Part shown: positions 10,801 through 18,368 of the stretch, one piece after another
Position numbering within the stretch: position 1 is the first letter of the stretch
Layout: each line of letters begins with the position of its first letter
Source: a virus
Taxonomy: Duplodnaviria > Caudoviricetes
Reading direction: 5' to 3' (one strand)
Length of the DNA stretch: 47,383 bases
Virus record (IMG/VR): IMGVR_UViG_3300006872_000012
Coordinates: 1 to 47,383 of that record
Notes under the pieces: generated by a model
Told to the model about the DNA's origin: nothing
What the model saw: the letters and a program-made list of their open reading frames with translations, nothing else
The model's database searches: none
Translations under genes and position numbers: made by a program

Positions 10801-11481
10801 CGCGACCTTCTGAATGACGCCCACGTAGGCCGTGATGTTCTCGGCCGAGAGGTCGCCCACCTTCCCGAGGATGTTGGCGACCTTCGCGGCGTCCTGGCTG
10901 CTTCCGCCGAGCGCCTTCGTCGACGCGGCAACGGCGTTCGTCGCCTGGGCCAGGGTCAGTCCCGACTCGCGCGCAAGGTCCTCCGAATCAGCGACGACCT
11001 TCAGGCTGTCGGCGAGGCTGAAGTTCGCAGCGGAGGCCTGCTCCGCAGCGGCCGACGCGTCGACCCGGCTGAAGAAGCCGGAGCCCGTCGCCTTCAAGGC
11101 GGAGTTGATCCGCTCGATCCCCGCTGCGGTCGTTTCGAGGCCCTGAATCCGCGCGATGCGCTGCAGGTTCGCGTCGAGGGCCGCCGTCTGCCGCAAGAAG
11201 TCGGACGCCACCCTTGCGGCGCTGAGCCCTCCTGCGAGCCCAAGGATCTGCTGTCGCAGGTTTGCGAGGGCAGGGGATGCCGCACTCGCGGACCTGCCGA
11301 TGCTGTCGATGGTCTTGGATGCGCTTGCAGCCCCGCCGCCAGACCCGAACGACCCGATCAGCGTGCGGCCCAGGTTGCTCGCGGCTCGGCCGACATCCTC
11401 GAGGGCCGTCTGAGTTCGCTTCGCGCCAGCTTCTGCTGGGCGCGAGTCCACGACGAACATCAACTCCGCAATGTCGGTCAC
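7834..11481 (-). CDS. Tape measure protein
   Basis: About 1215 aa, Ala-rich and helical; C-terminal ANGG..GEDGPEAILPL..G..GRLGV; GTG start with GAGG SD. Confidence 0.92.
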   Translation of the reverse strand: MTDIAELMFVVDSRPAEAGAKRTQTALEDVGRAASNLGRTLIGSFGSGGGAASASKTIDSIGRSASAASPALANLRQQILGLAGGLSAARVASDFLRQTAALDANLQRIARIQGLETTAAGIERINSALKATGSGFFSRVDASAAAEQASAANFSLADSLKVVADSEDLARESGLTLAQATNAVAASTKALGGSSQDAAKVANILGKVGDLSAENITAYVGVIQKVAPEARKAGIGIAEFGAALNVLDDEGQNATTTGRDLAGIFNAMVSPTKEAVATLKDYGLTLDDIDVHGHSFAEILQRLQRAQLDAAAAGRIFGDGNSATALALIRNAGAVGDLAEEFERFIKVATSKDARDASEAIKAIQNAYEDLLLSLRDAGGEQVVVGALGVAREIIDDLSGKDRDMTLLARSIELVGGGLVTAFVARPIVAGIAATTRGILALRAAAATNPISALVVGASLAIPTLSELVRKLDELRNGESGGRNRDVAGFLAPFSAIQRTAFIADSPAASLSANSKAQLAQIEKLGEAALKSGNIISQRAGVAASKASREFAEQVLETLKALSEDGSAAARKAANDIVEAFAKPLLEGSGDETLIKRLGVFDEDTARRFKKIIAEIEVAGNNASDAVNGAAPNIEALNAATAAQSRILDAIEATTRAAEKEREQIEALNAAFEAESALAFERSLVGLDQQVQSDFARIEEFRQTLLKAGLSASDVGARTQAFATNLYQLAEGARAAEGAISELEGESEGLRIAQEAAQEAAKRESDAITQAVRSADEAVTRLRKDLRLEAETLGLSAAEAARYRKEVEFATQANIAFGEGSDAARTAIGEYNAELARADAQREAIEASRDFAEALVNPVGSALDDTVERLIKGHAATINFRDALLDLASEIGKGVFHNLVTKPATDAATTGLAGAFGGLFGADAPTAPAAPPTSNPSPADVLGQAGAGAAATVGGVFSAQQAGVVNIQAAVVNLAQGLVPGLPAAGGANLGASAQSLAGLASAFGGGNAPTNVPNSSTGGGSALLGVNQLAATAPSVPSGSTAVDAQASVQPTSQPVPERAALGTAATGAASGAQVGTAIAPGLGTAIGFVAGALLGYIAGGALNSSRGNVFRHGRLVPHANGGIVDQFAAFPLAGGRIGTLGEDGPEAILPLRRGRGGRLGVEVSGGGGRGGDVVQVSVTQNIRTPDTVGFRRQASSLAVEQRRVQKRQQSRRT

Positions 11482-11579
11482 GGCACCCTCGACGAGAATG
11501 CCGCTCGACGCGCGGCAGGATCTGGCGTTACCTTGGCCGGCTCGCGGCCAGCACAACTGCCGCGCTGGAGGTGGAGACG

Positions 11580-12083
11580 GTGGCTGAGAAGCAATCGACG
11601 CTCGGATCCCTGGTCGTCTTGGGGATCCTGGTGGTGGTGGGAGTGGCGTGGGTTGAAGGAAGCTGCGGCAGCAAGGCGAACCCGATCGTGCTCGCCGGTG
11701 GCAGCGATCCGAGCAAAGCGTTCGTCAGGACGTTCGAGTGGTCTCGAGTCCTGCCAGACGGCAGCATCTCGACTGCGAACGAGCGAATCGACACGGGAAT
11801 GCTCGGCGACCTCGCTCGCGACGCGGCTCCTGAGGCCATGCTCGCCTACACCGCGCAGATTGAGAACACCCGCCTCGAGGGGAACACCTTCGATCTGGTC
11901 ATCGAGGCCGAGCGCCTTTGGCGCGGCGAGTGGCAGGTCGTAGATCGATGGCGCGTTCCTGAGCGGTTGGCCGGGAAGCAGAAGGCCTCCTTCGAAGGCA
12001 AGCTTCGAAGCGACAGAAGCCGGCTGACAGCGCTTGATCACCTTCGCGTATCGGCCACGATCGGTGAGCCCACCGTTCGATGA
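11580..12083 (+). CDS. Moron: single-TM exported protein
   Basis: GGAG SD; N-terminal hydrophobic helix LVVLGILVVVGVAWV; opposite strand between chaperone and tape measure. Confidence 0.7.
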   Translation: MAEKQSTLGSLVVLGILVVVGVAWVEGSCGSKANPIVLAGGSDPSKAFVRTFEWSRVLPDGSISTANERIDTGMLGDLARDAAPEAMLAYTAQIENTRLEGNTFDLVIEAERLWRGEWQVVDRWRVPERLAGKQKASFEGKLRSDRSRLTALDHLRVSATIGEPTVR

Positions 12084-12138
12084 CGCAAGCTGGGCATCCG
12101 CTCTGAACGACCCAGCCCGCCGGTAGCAGTCGCCACCC

Positions 12139-12483
12139 TCACGGCTCGTTGCTCTCGCCTTCGCGGGCCGCCTCCATCCACACCCGATCCAGGCTTCGCA
12201 GCATCGGCGACGCCTCCCGGAGATCGGCCCCGCTCCATCCCGCTCCCGTGGCGTAGGCCCAGCGCTCCTGCGAGGTGATCGGCAGCGGCTGGCCGCTCTC
12301 GTAGCGTCGCTCCAGGCTGAGCACCTGGAACGCTTCCCACACGTGCTCCAGCGCCAGAGGGATGCTCGGGCACAGGCCCCCGGGCCACGGCTCGCCGGCG
12401 CGGACGTGGTCCCGCCAGAGCGCCAGGGCGCCCTCACTCGGCCAGTTCTCGAGCCGCCACTCCAGCGCACGGATCAGTCCCCC
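12139..12483 (-). CDS. Tail assembly chaperone, frameshifted extension (gpT-like)
   Basis: -1 frame open across the chaperone stop; HVWEAFQVLSLERRY...PLPIT...LRSLDRVW; no independent start evident. Confidence 0.7.
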   Translation of the reverse strand, partial: GGLIRALEWRLENWPSEGALALWRDHVRAGEPWPGGLCPSIPLALEHVWEAFQVLSLERRYESGQPLPITSQERWAYATGAGWSGADLREASPMLRSLDRVWMEAAREGESNEP

Positions 12484-12878
12484 TCGGCGCTCGCGCCTTG
12501 CCGGGCGAGGTAGGCAGCCTCCTCGCTGGCAGCTTCGATCACGAAGCGGCGGAAGTGGCGCAGACGCGGGTGCGCGAGCAGCTCCGCCGCCTTGGCCTCG
12601 CTGTACGGAATCGGCGCGCCCTGGGCGTCCGACATCCCCTCCCAACCGACCAGGATGTGCCGCGCGAGAGCAGGCGCGATCACGTCGAGGACCTCGGGAG
12701 AGTCCGCCTCGAGTTCGCGGAGCCGATCCCCGCCGCGGCGCAGGCACTCCCGCCGGTGCGCCAGGTAGGCGTCGCCGTTCAGCGAGGCGATGGTCAGGTA
12801 GATGCCGTCGCGCCAGAGGCGACGCACGCCGCGCGCCTCGCGGTCGGGGTCGGTCATCAGGGTGGAGATGTCGGTCAT
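12474..12878 (-). CDS. Tail assembly chaperone (gpG-like)
   Basis: TDPDREARGV, ILVGWEG, IPYSEAKAAELL; upstream of the tape measure gene. Confidence 0.85.
   Translation of the reverse strand: MTDISTLMTDPDREARGVRRLWRDGIYLTIASLNGDAYLAHRRECLRRGGDRLRELEADSPEVLDVIAPALARHILVGWEGMSDAQGAPIPYSEAKAAELLAHPRLRHFRRFVIEAASEEAAYLARQGASAEGD
12829..12878. repeat. Direct repeat copy A (5' end of chaperone gene)
   Basis: 44/50 nt identical to 13700-13749, including a 26-nt perfect core. Confidence 0.9.
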
Positions 12879-12905
12879 GAAGGGGTCCTCTGGTAGGTTG
12901 AGTTC

Positions 12906-13247
12906 ATGCTCAAGGCGTCGACACTGTTCTTCCCGCTGCTCGACGACGACACGCCGGAGGTGCTTGCCGAACGCGCGCGGCGCGGCGCCGAGTGGCGCGC
13001 GCAGCAGCCGACGTTCGAGATCGAAGCTGCGACGTTCGAGCGTCACCGAGCAAGCTGGGTTGTTGATGGGCGAATCGGACAGTACGCGGTGATCGTAGGA
13101 GACCGGCTTGTCGGGTTCTTCCCCGACCTCGCGAAGGTGTGCGAGGTTGGGAAGATCGCGACCGCAGCGACCGGCAAGCCCTACTTCGCGAAGCAGGTCT
13201 TCGCGCGCGATCCGCCGGTGTTCGTCGGCGGCTTTCGGTTGCGCTGA
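12906..13247 (+). CDS. DUF5678-like protein
   Basis: GQYAVIVGDRLVGFFPD..VCEVG pattern; directly upstream of an aspartyl protease gene. Confidence 0.6.
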   Translation: MLKASTLFFPLLDDDTPEVLAERARRGAEWRAQQPTFEIEAATFERHRASWVVDGRIGQYAVIVGDRLVGFFPDLAKVCEVGKIATAATGKPYFAKQVFARDPPVFVGGFRLR

Positions 13248-13248
13248 C

Positions 13249-13668
13249 ATGGCGACCAACATCGTCCGCATCGGCGGCGGCGTCGACCCGTTCCTTCGGT
13301 GCATCGTCAAGGTTCAAGTGCGTGGCGCGGACGACGGTCCTACCGCAGGAATCCAAGCGGTCATCGATACGGGCGCGAGCCAGAGCTGCATCCGCGACGA
13401 CGTCGCTGAGCAGCTGAGGCTCAGGCACGCCGATGGCCGGCGCCGGGCGGCGACCGCGAATGGCTTCGGCGACTTCCCAGTCGCTCCGATCAGCGTGGCC
13501 GTGGAGATCCCTGGCGAGGACCCGCTGTTTCTCGCCGACGTCCATGCGATCGTGGCACCCTGTGACCCGCCCATGCTGTTCGGGATGGATCTCCTCGATG
13601 GCGGTGTTCTTGTCGTCGATCGCGTACGCCAGACGTGGAAGTGGGCGATTCGCGAAGCCAGCCGCTGA
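13249..13668 (+). CDS. Retropepsin-like (clan AA) aspartyl protease
   Basis: AVIDTGASQSCI active-site motif and MLFGMDLL closing motif. Confidence 0.88.
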   Translation: MATNIVRIGGGVDPFLRCIVKVQVRGADDGPTAGIQAVIDTGASQSCIRDDVAEQLRLRHADGRRRAATANGFGDFPVAPISVAVEIPGEDPLFLADVHAIVAPCDPPMLFGMDLLDGGVLVVDRVRQTWKWAIREASR

Positions 13669-13699
13669 GACCGCGCGCGCCGACAACACCTTGGCCGCC

Positions 13700-13749
13700 C
13701 CGCGCGCCTCGCGGTCGGGGTCGGTGCGGAGGGTGGAGAGGTCGGTCAC
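13700..13749. repeat. Direct repeat copy B (vestigial chaperone 5' end)
   Basis: Encodes MTDLSTLRTDPDREARG versus MTDISTLMTDPDREARG in copy A. Confidence 0.9.
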
Positions 13750-14081
13750 GCGGAAGTCCTCTGCTTGGTTCTCGGAGACTTCGGGGTTCGCCTGCCCGCG
13801 GCCGCGCCCGGGGGCGCTGCCTCCGCTGCCGGCTCATGCAGGTCGACCATGCGCACGACAGCGCGGCTCGGGATCGTCATGTCGCCGCAGCCCTGCGACG
13901 GCGGCGCGTCTCCGAGCTGCGCGACATGGGGGACCAGGACCTTCGCATCGTCGCCGTCGTGCGCGAGCCAGCCCACGGAGCGGCACGTCATCACGCGGGG
14001 CTGGTCGAGCGGGGTGCTGAACTGCTCCCAGGTGGCGGAGCAGCCGTAGGAGTCGACCCACTCGACCAGCACCAGCTTCAT
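13746..14081 (-). CDS. Phage hypothetical protein
   Basis: LVLVEWVDS...CRSVGWL...MTIP pattern recurrent in small phage proteins. Confidence 0.75.
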   Translation of the reverse strand: MKLVLVEWVDSYGCSATWEQFSTPLDQPRVMTCRSVGWLAHDGDDAKVLVPHVAQLGDAPPSQGCGDMTIPSRAVVRMVDLHEPAAEAAPPGAAAGRRTPKSPRTKQRTSA

Positions 14082-14087
14082 GCTGCG

Positions 14088-14222
14088 CTACTTCTTCTTG
14101 TCGCGGGCCTGCGTCAGCGCCGACGCGGCGGCGCTCTTCGCCGCCTTCGAGGACTTCGGGTCGCGCAGGACCTTCGACGCGGCGGAGGCCGCCTTGCTGG
14201 AGGTCGTTTCGTTCTTCGCCAT
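14088..14222 (-). CDS. 44-aa basic Ala/Ser/Lys-rich protein
   Basis: MAKNETTSSKAASAASKVLRDPKSSKAAKSAAASALTQARDKKK; GC-rich third codon positions. Confidence 0.75.
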   Translation of the reverse strand: MAKNETTSSKAASAASKVLRDPKSSKAAKSAAASALTQARDKKK

Positions 14223-14310
14223 GGGTCGGTTTTCCGATCGAGTTGTGTGAGGCACGCCGCGTTTACACCGACCGCGATGGTCACAAACCGACGCGGCGAG
14301 CCCCACGGTG

Positions 14311-14370
14311 TGCCGCCGACCGTAGTGCGCGGACCAACCCCCGTGGAAGACCTTGGTGGCAGGATGGACT
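14311..14370 (-). promoter_or_regulatory. Putative phage late promoter (TGCCACCA-N29-TACGGT)
   Basis: One of five intergenic copies of the motif. Confidence 0.6.
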
Positions 14371-14379
14371 GCAGAAGTT

Positions 14380-14874
14380 TCAGGGGCGCGGACGCGCCTG
14401 GGATCCGAGCACCACAGTGCGCGCGCGGCCGAACGTCGCGACGAGCGCCCGAAAGAACCGATGGCTCGCCGCGCACCCTTCCGCGGATTCCAGATACACC
14501 ATCCGCGCGTCGCTCTCGCGCTGGAGCCGCTCCTCGAACTCCAAGCGCTCGCGATCCGTCATGCGCGGCGGCGCCGCGGCGTGCAGCGGATTCGGCGAGT
14601 ACCCTCGACACGCCTCGTCCGGGTACTTCTCCTCGCCGAGCCAGGTGCGACTCCAGGTGCTCCGCCTGCACTTCATCGGCGCGTCCGGCCACTCGGTGTT
14701 GTGGCAGTAGACCGCGTGGCCGAGCACGTGGCTGCCGAACGCGCACTTCTGGTCCATGCGCACCTCGTCAGGGTCGGCGATGAACTCGACGAGGTTGAGG
14801 CGGCGCGGGCTCGCGATGGATCGAGCGACAGCGCGGAGGACGCGGATGGATCTGCGGGGTCGACGACGTGCCAT
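14380..14874 (-). CDS. Hypothetical Cys/His-containing protein
   Basis: ATG preceded by GGAGCAGGA, just downstream of the tRNA; alternative start at 14757. Confidence 0.55.
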   Translation of the reverse strand: MARRRPRRSIRVLRAVARSIASPRRLNLVEFIADPDEVRMDQKCAFGSHVLGHAVYCHNTEWPDAPMKCRRSTWSRTWLGEEKYPDEACRGYSPNPLHAAAPPRMTDRERLEFEERLQRESDARMVYLESAEGCAASHRFFRALVATFGRARTVVLGSQARPRP

Positions 14875-14955
14875 GGTCCTGCTCCAACGCCCCGTTGACT
14901 TCCAGGCCCATCCAGCCGATAACGGTCGCGCCGGCCAGCTAGCGGTCGGCGAAAG

Positions 14956-15068
14956 TGGTACGCCCGGCGGGACTCGAACCCGCATCCGTGCCTCAGAAGG
15001 CACCGGCTGTTGACGCAGCCGGCTCCGGTTTACGAGACCGGCGCTCTGTCCGATTGAGCTACGGGCGT
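14956..15068 (-). tRNA. tRNA-Thr(CGU)-like gene with 41-nt double-hairpin variable region
   Basis: Folded by hand: acceptor ACGCCCG/CGGGCGT, D stem GCTC/GAGC, anticodon CCGGT-CTCGTAA-ACCGG, T arm GCGGG-TTCGAGT-CCCGC, encoded ACCA end. Confidence 0.85.
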
Positions 15069-15083
15069 TCCTGAAATGCGAGA

Positions 15084-15131
15084 CGCCCCGCGCCGCCGGT
15101 GACTCGGCGATGCGGGGCGCTTCTGTTTGTT
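15084..15131 (+). terminator. Intrinsic terminator-like hairpin
   Basis: CGCCCCGC...GCGGGGCG stem followed by TTCTGTTTGTT. Confidence 0.5.
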
Positions 15132-15281
15132 CCGTAGTGGCCATGGTTCAAGTCGGGCCAGCTCGGGCGGCGGCGCGCGCATGACCGACGCGCGCTGCGC
15201 ACCCGAGCCGTTCCGCGCGGGAGCTACCCGGCGGCCCGAACGTGTGGATGAGAGCTACCGCGGTGGGGGAGGCGAAGAGCG

Positions 15282-15298
15282 TGGTGGCAGGGTGGACT
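15282..15298 (-). promoter_or_regulatory. TGCCACCA motif copy upstream of the tRNA
   Basis: tggtggcagggtggact, 16/17 identical to 14354-14370. Confidence 0.55.
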
Positions 15299-15451
15299 GC
15301 AGATCCGTCAGGAGCGTGGCACAGCCCGCGCCCACCGTCCCAGGCGCCAGGGTGCTACGACGGCTGAAAAGCGGGCCTGCCCGGCGCAGACTCTTGAGGA
15401 CTTTTGCTGGCGGCTCTAGAACCGTTTCGTCGATACTGTTTCGAGGTCGCC

Positions 15452-15667
15452 ATGTCGGACTTCCTCTTCGCCCACCCGTCGGTCTGGTCCGGAGTCGCGC
15501 GACTCATGGACCTCGGTGGCGTGTTCGACGAGTACAACACGAGCCCTACGCCCGAAGTTGCGGACGCACAGGCGATGCGAGCGGACTGGCTCTCGGTCGG
15601 CGACGATTTGCGTGCGGCGATGGAGAAGGGTGCCCCTGCCGGTGAGGCTGCTGAGCTGAGCGCGTGA
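15452..15667 (+). CDS. Small moron protein coupled to the DUF2335 gene
   Basis: GAGG SD; ADAQAMRADWLSVGDDLRAAM motif; GTGA overlap with the next gene. Confidence 0.75.
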   Translation: MSDFLFAHPSVWSGVARLMDLGGVFDEYNTSPTPEVADAQAMRADWLSVGDDLRAAMEKGAPAGEAAELSA

Positions 15668-16086
15668 GCGGGAAGAGCAAGCGGCAACCGCCGCAACACG
15701 CCATCGCGACGCGGGTGACGTACGAGGGACCGCTCCCGCCGCCGGCGCAGCTCGAGCAGTTCGAGCGCGCTTGCCCGGGCTCCGCTGACCGCATCATCAA
15801 GATGGCGGAATCCAACTCCGCGCACCGACAGCGCCTGGAGGCGATCGTCGTCGAGGGGAACGTCGACGCGCAGGCGCGGGGCCAGTGGTTCGCATTGATC
15901 CTGGCGTTGGCCGTCTTGGGCGTTGGCGGCTGGCTCGTCATCGCGGGGCGGACGAGCACGGGGCTCTGGATCATGCTGGGCGACATCACGGCCTTGGCCG
16001 GCATCTTCATCGGTACCCGGCTGCTCCAGCGCAGGGAACGCGCCGAGCGACACCGGGCACTCCAAGCCGGACGGAAGGATCAGTAG
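15664..16086 (+). CDS. DUF2335 membrane protein
   Basis: YEGPLPPP..LEQFE..CPGSADRIIKMAE..HRQ.LE followed by two TM helices. Confidence 0.88.
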   Translation: MSGKSKRQPPQHAIATRVTYEGPLPPPAQLEQFERACPGSADRIIKMAESNSAHRQRLEAIVVEGNVDAQARGQWFALILALAVLGVGGWLVIAGRTSTGLWIMLGDITALAGIFIGTRLLQRRERAERHRALQAGRKDQ

Positions 16087-16209
16087 GTCGCACCGTGATG
16101 TGGTCGCCGGGCCCGCGGGCCACGATCGACCGGTCCGCGGCTCGCGCGCGCAGAACGGGCGAGGGGGACCCGGCTGACGGTCACGCGAAGCCTCCATGGC
16201 TCAAGGCGA

Positions 16210-16260
16210 TGCCGCCGACCGTACGGAGCGCGAGGGGCGGGGGAAGGGGGTGGTGGCAGG
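16210..16260 (-). promoter_or_regulatory. Putative phage late promoter (TGCCACCA-N27-TACGGT)
   Basis: Shares tggtggcagg and a 14-nt tgccgccgaccgta box with the 14311 copy. Confidence 0.55.
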
Positions 16261-16579
16261 GGGGAAAGAAGCCGAGGCGCGCAGCGCGTGGTACGCTGCG
16301 CGCCTCGCGTGCCAGGTGCCGGCCGTGCTTCCTTCGCGGGGTGACACGGCCGGCGTCGTTTCCCGGGCCGCCTAGCTCGGCCCGCGCTTCCTCCTGATCA
16401 TCGGCTGCTCCTTTCGGTCAGGCGTCGGCTACGAGCCTCGACCTGAGAAAGGAAGTTTCCGGCTCATTCCGGAGGAAACGTTTGATCCAGGAACGAAAAC
16501 TGGGCCCGGAACAATTCAACTTGCGCGGATCGGCGAATGGCGCGGCTCTAGGTGGGCAGATGCGAAGGTCTGGAACAAT

Positions 16580-17302
16580 TCACTTCGATTTGTTCCGGCT
16601 TGACTGACCACTTTCTCCAGTTCCTTTTCCGGCTTTTCGCGCACGGTCGATTGCCCATCGCGTCTCCTTCGGGTCCAGATTCCGCGATCGCGCAAACTCC
16701 TCGATGGACGGCATCCCCTGCGCCTTGGCCGCGCGCCAATCTTGGAGGAGCCTCGCATCTTCGCGGCGGTCGCCGGCCAGCGGCCGGCCCCGGCGCCGCT
16801 TCGGCGCCGCTTTATGGGTTGCGACGCTCGGCGGGGCATCCGTCCCGAACGCAAGTTCCCGAGCGAGCTCCGCTCGAATTGCGCTCACGACCGCGAGCGC
16901 CCGACGCGCATCATTGGGAGTATGCGCGCCCGCCGGAACTTTGAACGCGAGCTGGGAGATTTCCTCTTTGGAGCCGGGGACGAGTTTGTGATGTCGGTCG
17001 ATGGCTTTCGAGCAGTGGATAGCCAAGAGTGAAAAAAGCGGAGCAAGCCCGGCCGACGTGACGAACCTGGACTGATAGGAATGAAAGTAGTTGGACTCGA
17101 CGTTCGCGTCGACCCGTCCGGCCAGAGCTCTTGCATAGGGAGCGCGCGCGATCAGGTCGCCAAGCTGGCCGTCGCGTAACTGTCGCCAGTCCTCTCGAGA
17201 AACTCTAGCTTCCTCGTCGGAGTAGCTGCTCATCGCGCGAAGGACGGCTTGTAGCCATGCAAGCGCTGCGTCGTCGCCGTCGCCGTCGACCGCGTTGGAC
17301 AT
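16580..17302 (-). CDS. Hypothetical protein with C-terminal GRP/HTH-like DNA-binding region
   Basis: GAGG SD; RRRGRP..DARLLQDW..SIEEFARSRNL..AIDRARK. Confidence 0.7.
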   Translation of the reverse strand: MSNAVDGDGDDAALAWLQAVLRAMSSYSDEEARVSREDWRQLRDGQLGDLIARAPYARALAGRVDANVESNYFHSYQSRFVTSAGLAPLFSLLAIHCSKAIDRHHKLVPGSKEEISQLAFKVPAGAHTPNDARRALAVVSAIRAELARELAFGTDAPPSVATHKAAPKRRRGRPLAGDRREDARLLQDWRAAKAQGMPSIEEFARSRNLDPKETRWAIDRARKAGKGTGESGQSSRNKSK

Positions 17303-17491
17303 CGAGCCCCTCGTTCAACCGGGCCGATCCTCCCGCGGCGGGGCGAACGAGGGTGCCGCCGCCGCGGGAAGATCGTTCCGCCCGTGATCAGCGGGCGGCC
17401 CGAGTGACCGAAACTAGAGCCGGAATGCCATCCTGGTTCAAGCGCTACGCGCTCTCGCGCGGTGCGCTGCAAGCCCTATGCTCCAGCCGCC

Positions 17492-17686
17492 ATGCTCCTG
17501 CCCCTCGCCTCCTGCCCCTTCTGCGCGGCCGCCGGCGAGCTCGTGGCTGAGCACCCGCCCTGCGCACGCCTCCGCGTCGTGCGCTCTGGATGCCACGCGA
17601 GCGCGGTGTGGAAGAACATGCGTGAGCTGGCGGCCGAGGCTTGGAATCAGCGCGCCCCGCCGGCAAGTCCTGAACACACTGGCTGA
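17492..17686 (+). CDS. Lar-family restriction-alleviation-like Zn-ribbon protein
   Basis: LASCPFC ... AAEAWNQRA. Confidence 0.6.
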   Translation: MLLPLASCPFCAAAGELVAEHPPCARLRVVRSGCHASAVWKNMRELAAEAWNQRAPPASPEHTG

Positions 17687-17791
17687 CGAGCGCCGGCGCC
17701 ACGCGAGGAGAGCCAGCTCCGGCTTCTCGACAGCTGCGGCACGCGGCTGTAGCCTGCCGCGCCGGAGTGAGGTCCTCGCAGGGAGGCCGCC

Positions 17792-18352
17792 ATGGGTCAC
17801 CGGATCGCCAGCATCGTTGCGTACGTCTTGCTCCTTGCCGCGGGTAGCGGGGTTGCGTACGCCGGGCTCGTCAGTAGCGGCTTCGCCGGAGGAAAGCTCA
17901 AGTCCGCCTGGGGGGCGCCGCTCGCCGCCGAGCCGGCTCGATCGTCAGGCGCGGTCCAGCCGCCCGCGGCGCTCGCAGCGGCACCGAGCATGCAGCAGCC
18001 GGCGGCCGCCGCCTCGCCGATCGCTCAGCAGCCGCCCTCCCAGCCGACTCCGGATCCCGCGTCGCGGCACCCGCTCCGTCCCTCTCCGGCCGCCCCGCCG
18101 ACGGCGAGCTCGACCACGCTCGCGGCGCTCCGCCCCGCGCCCGCTCCTGCGTCGACGCCCACCTTCTACCCGGCAGTGGCGCCGAGGCCTGCGACTTCCT
18201 GGTGGGGCGGACCTGTCGTCGCCGAGAACGGCGACCTCCGCGGCTTCGACAACGACGGCGATGGCCGGATCGAGCCGGTGCACGTTCGGGGGTACACGCG
18301 GAAGGACGGGACGTACGTGCGGGGGCACTATCGGGCGCGGGCGAGGAGGTAG
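17792..18352 (+). CDS. Exported protein with Pro/Ala linker and basic C-terminal module
   Basis: GGAGG SD; N-terminal hydrophobic helix; VHVRGYTRKDGTYVRGHYR. Confidence 0.75.
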   Translation: MGHRIASIVAYVLLLAAGSGVAYAGLVSSGFAGGKLKSAWGAPLAAEPARSSGAVQPPAALAAAPSMQQPAAAASPIAQQPPSQPTPDPASRHPLRPSPAAPPTASSTTLAALRPAPAPASTPTFYPAVAPRPATSWWGGPVVAENGDLRGFDNDGDGRIEPVHVRGYTRKDGTYVRGHYRARARR

Positions 18353-18368
18353 CCGCGAAGTGTTCCAG

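Noticed and set aside
14380-15144. 254-aa ORF spanning the tRNA-Thr gene
   Set aside because: The upstream part overlaps the tRNA, and a good SD and ATG exist at 14874
15355-16197. 280-aa minus-strand ORF below the 16251 motif
   Set aside because: Antisense to the well-supported DUF2335 gene pair; no motifs
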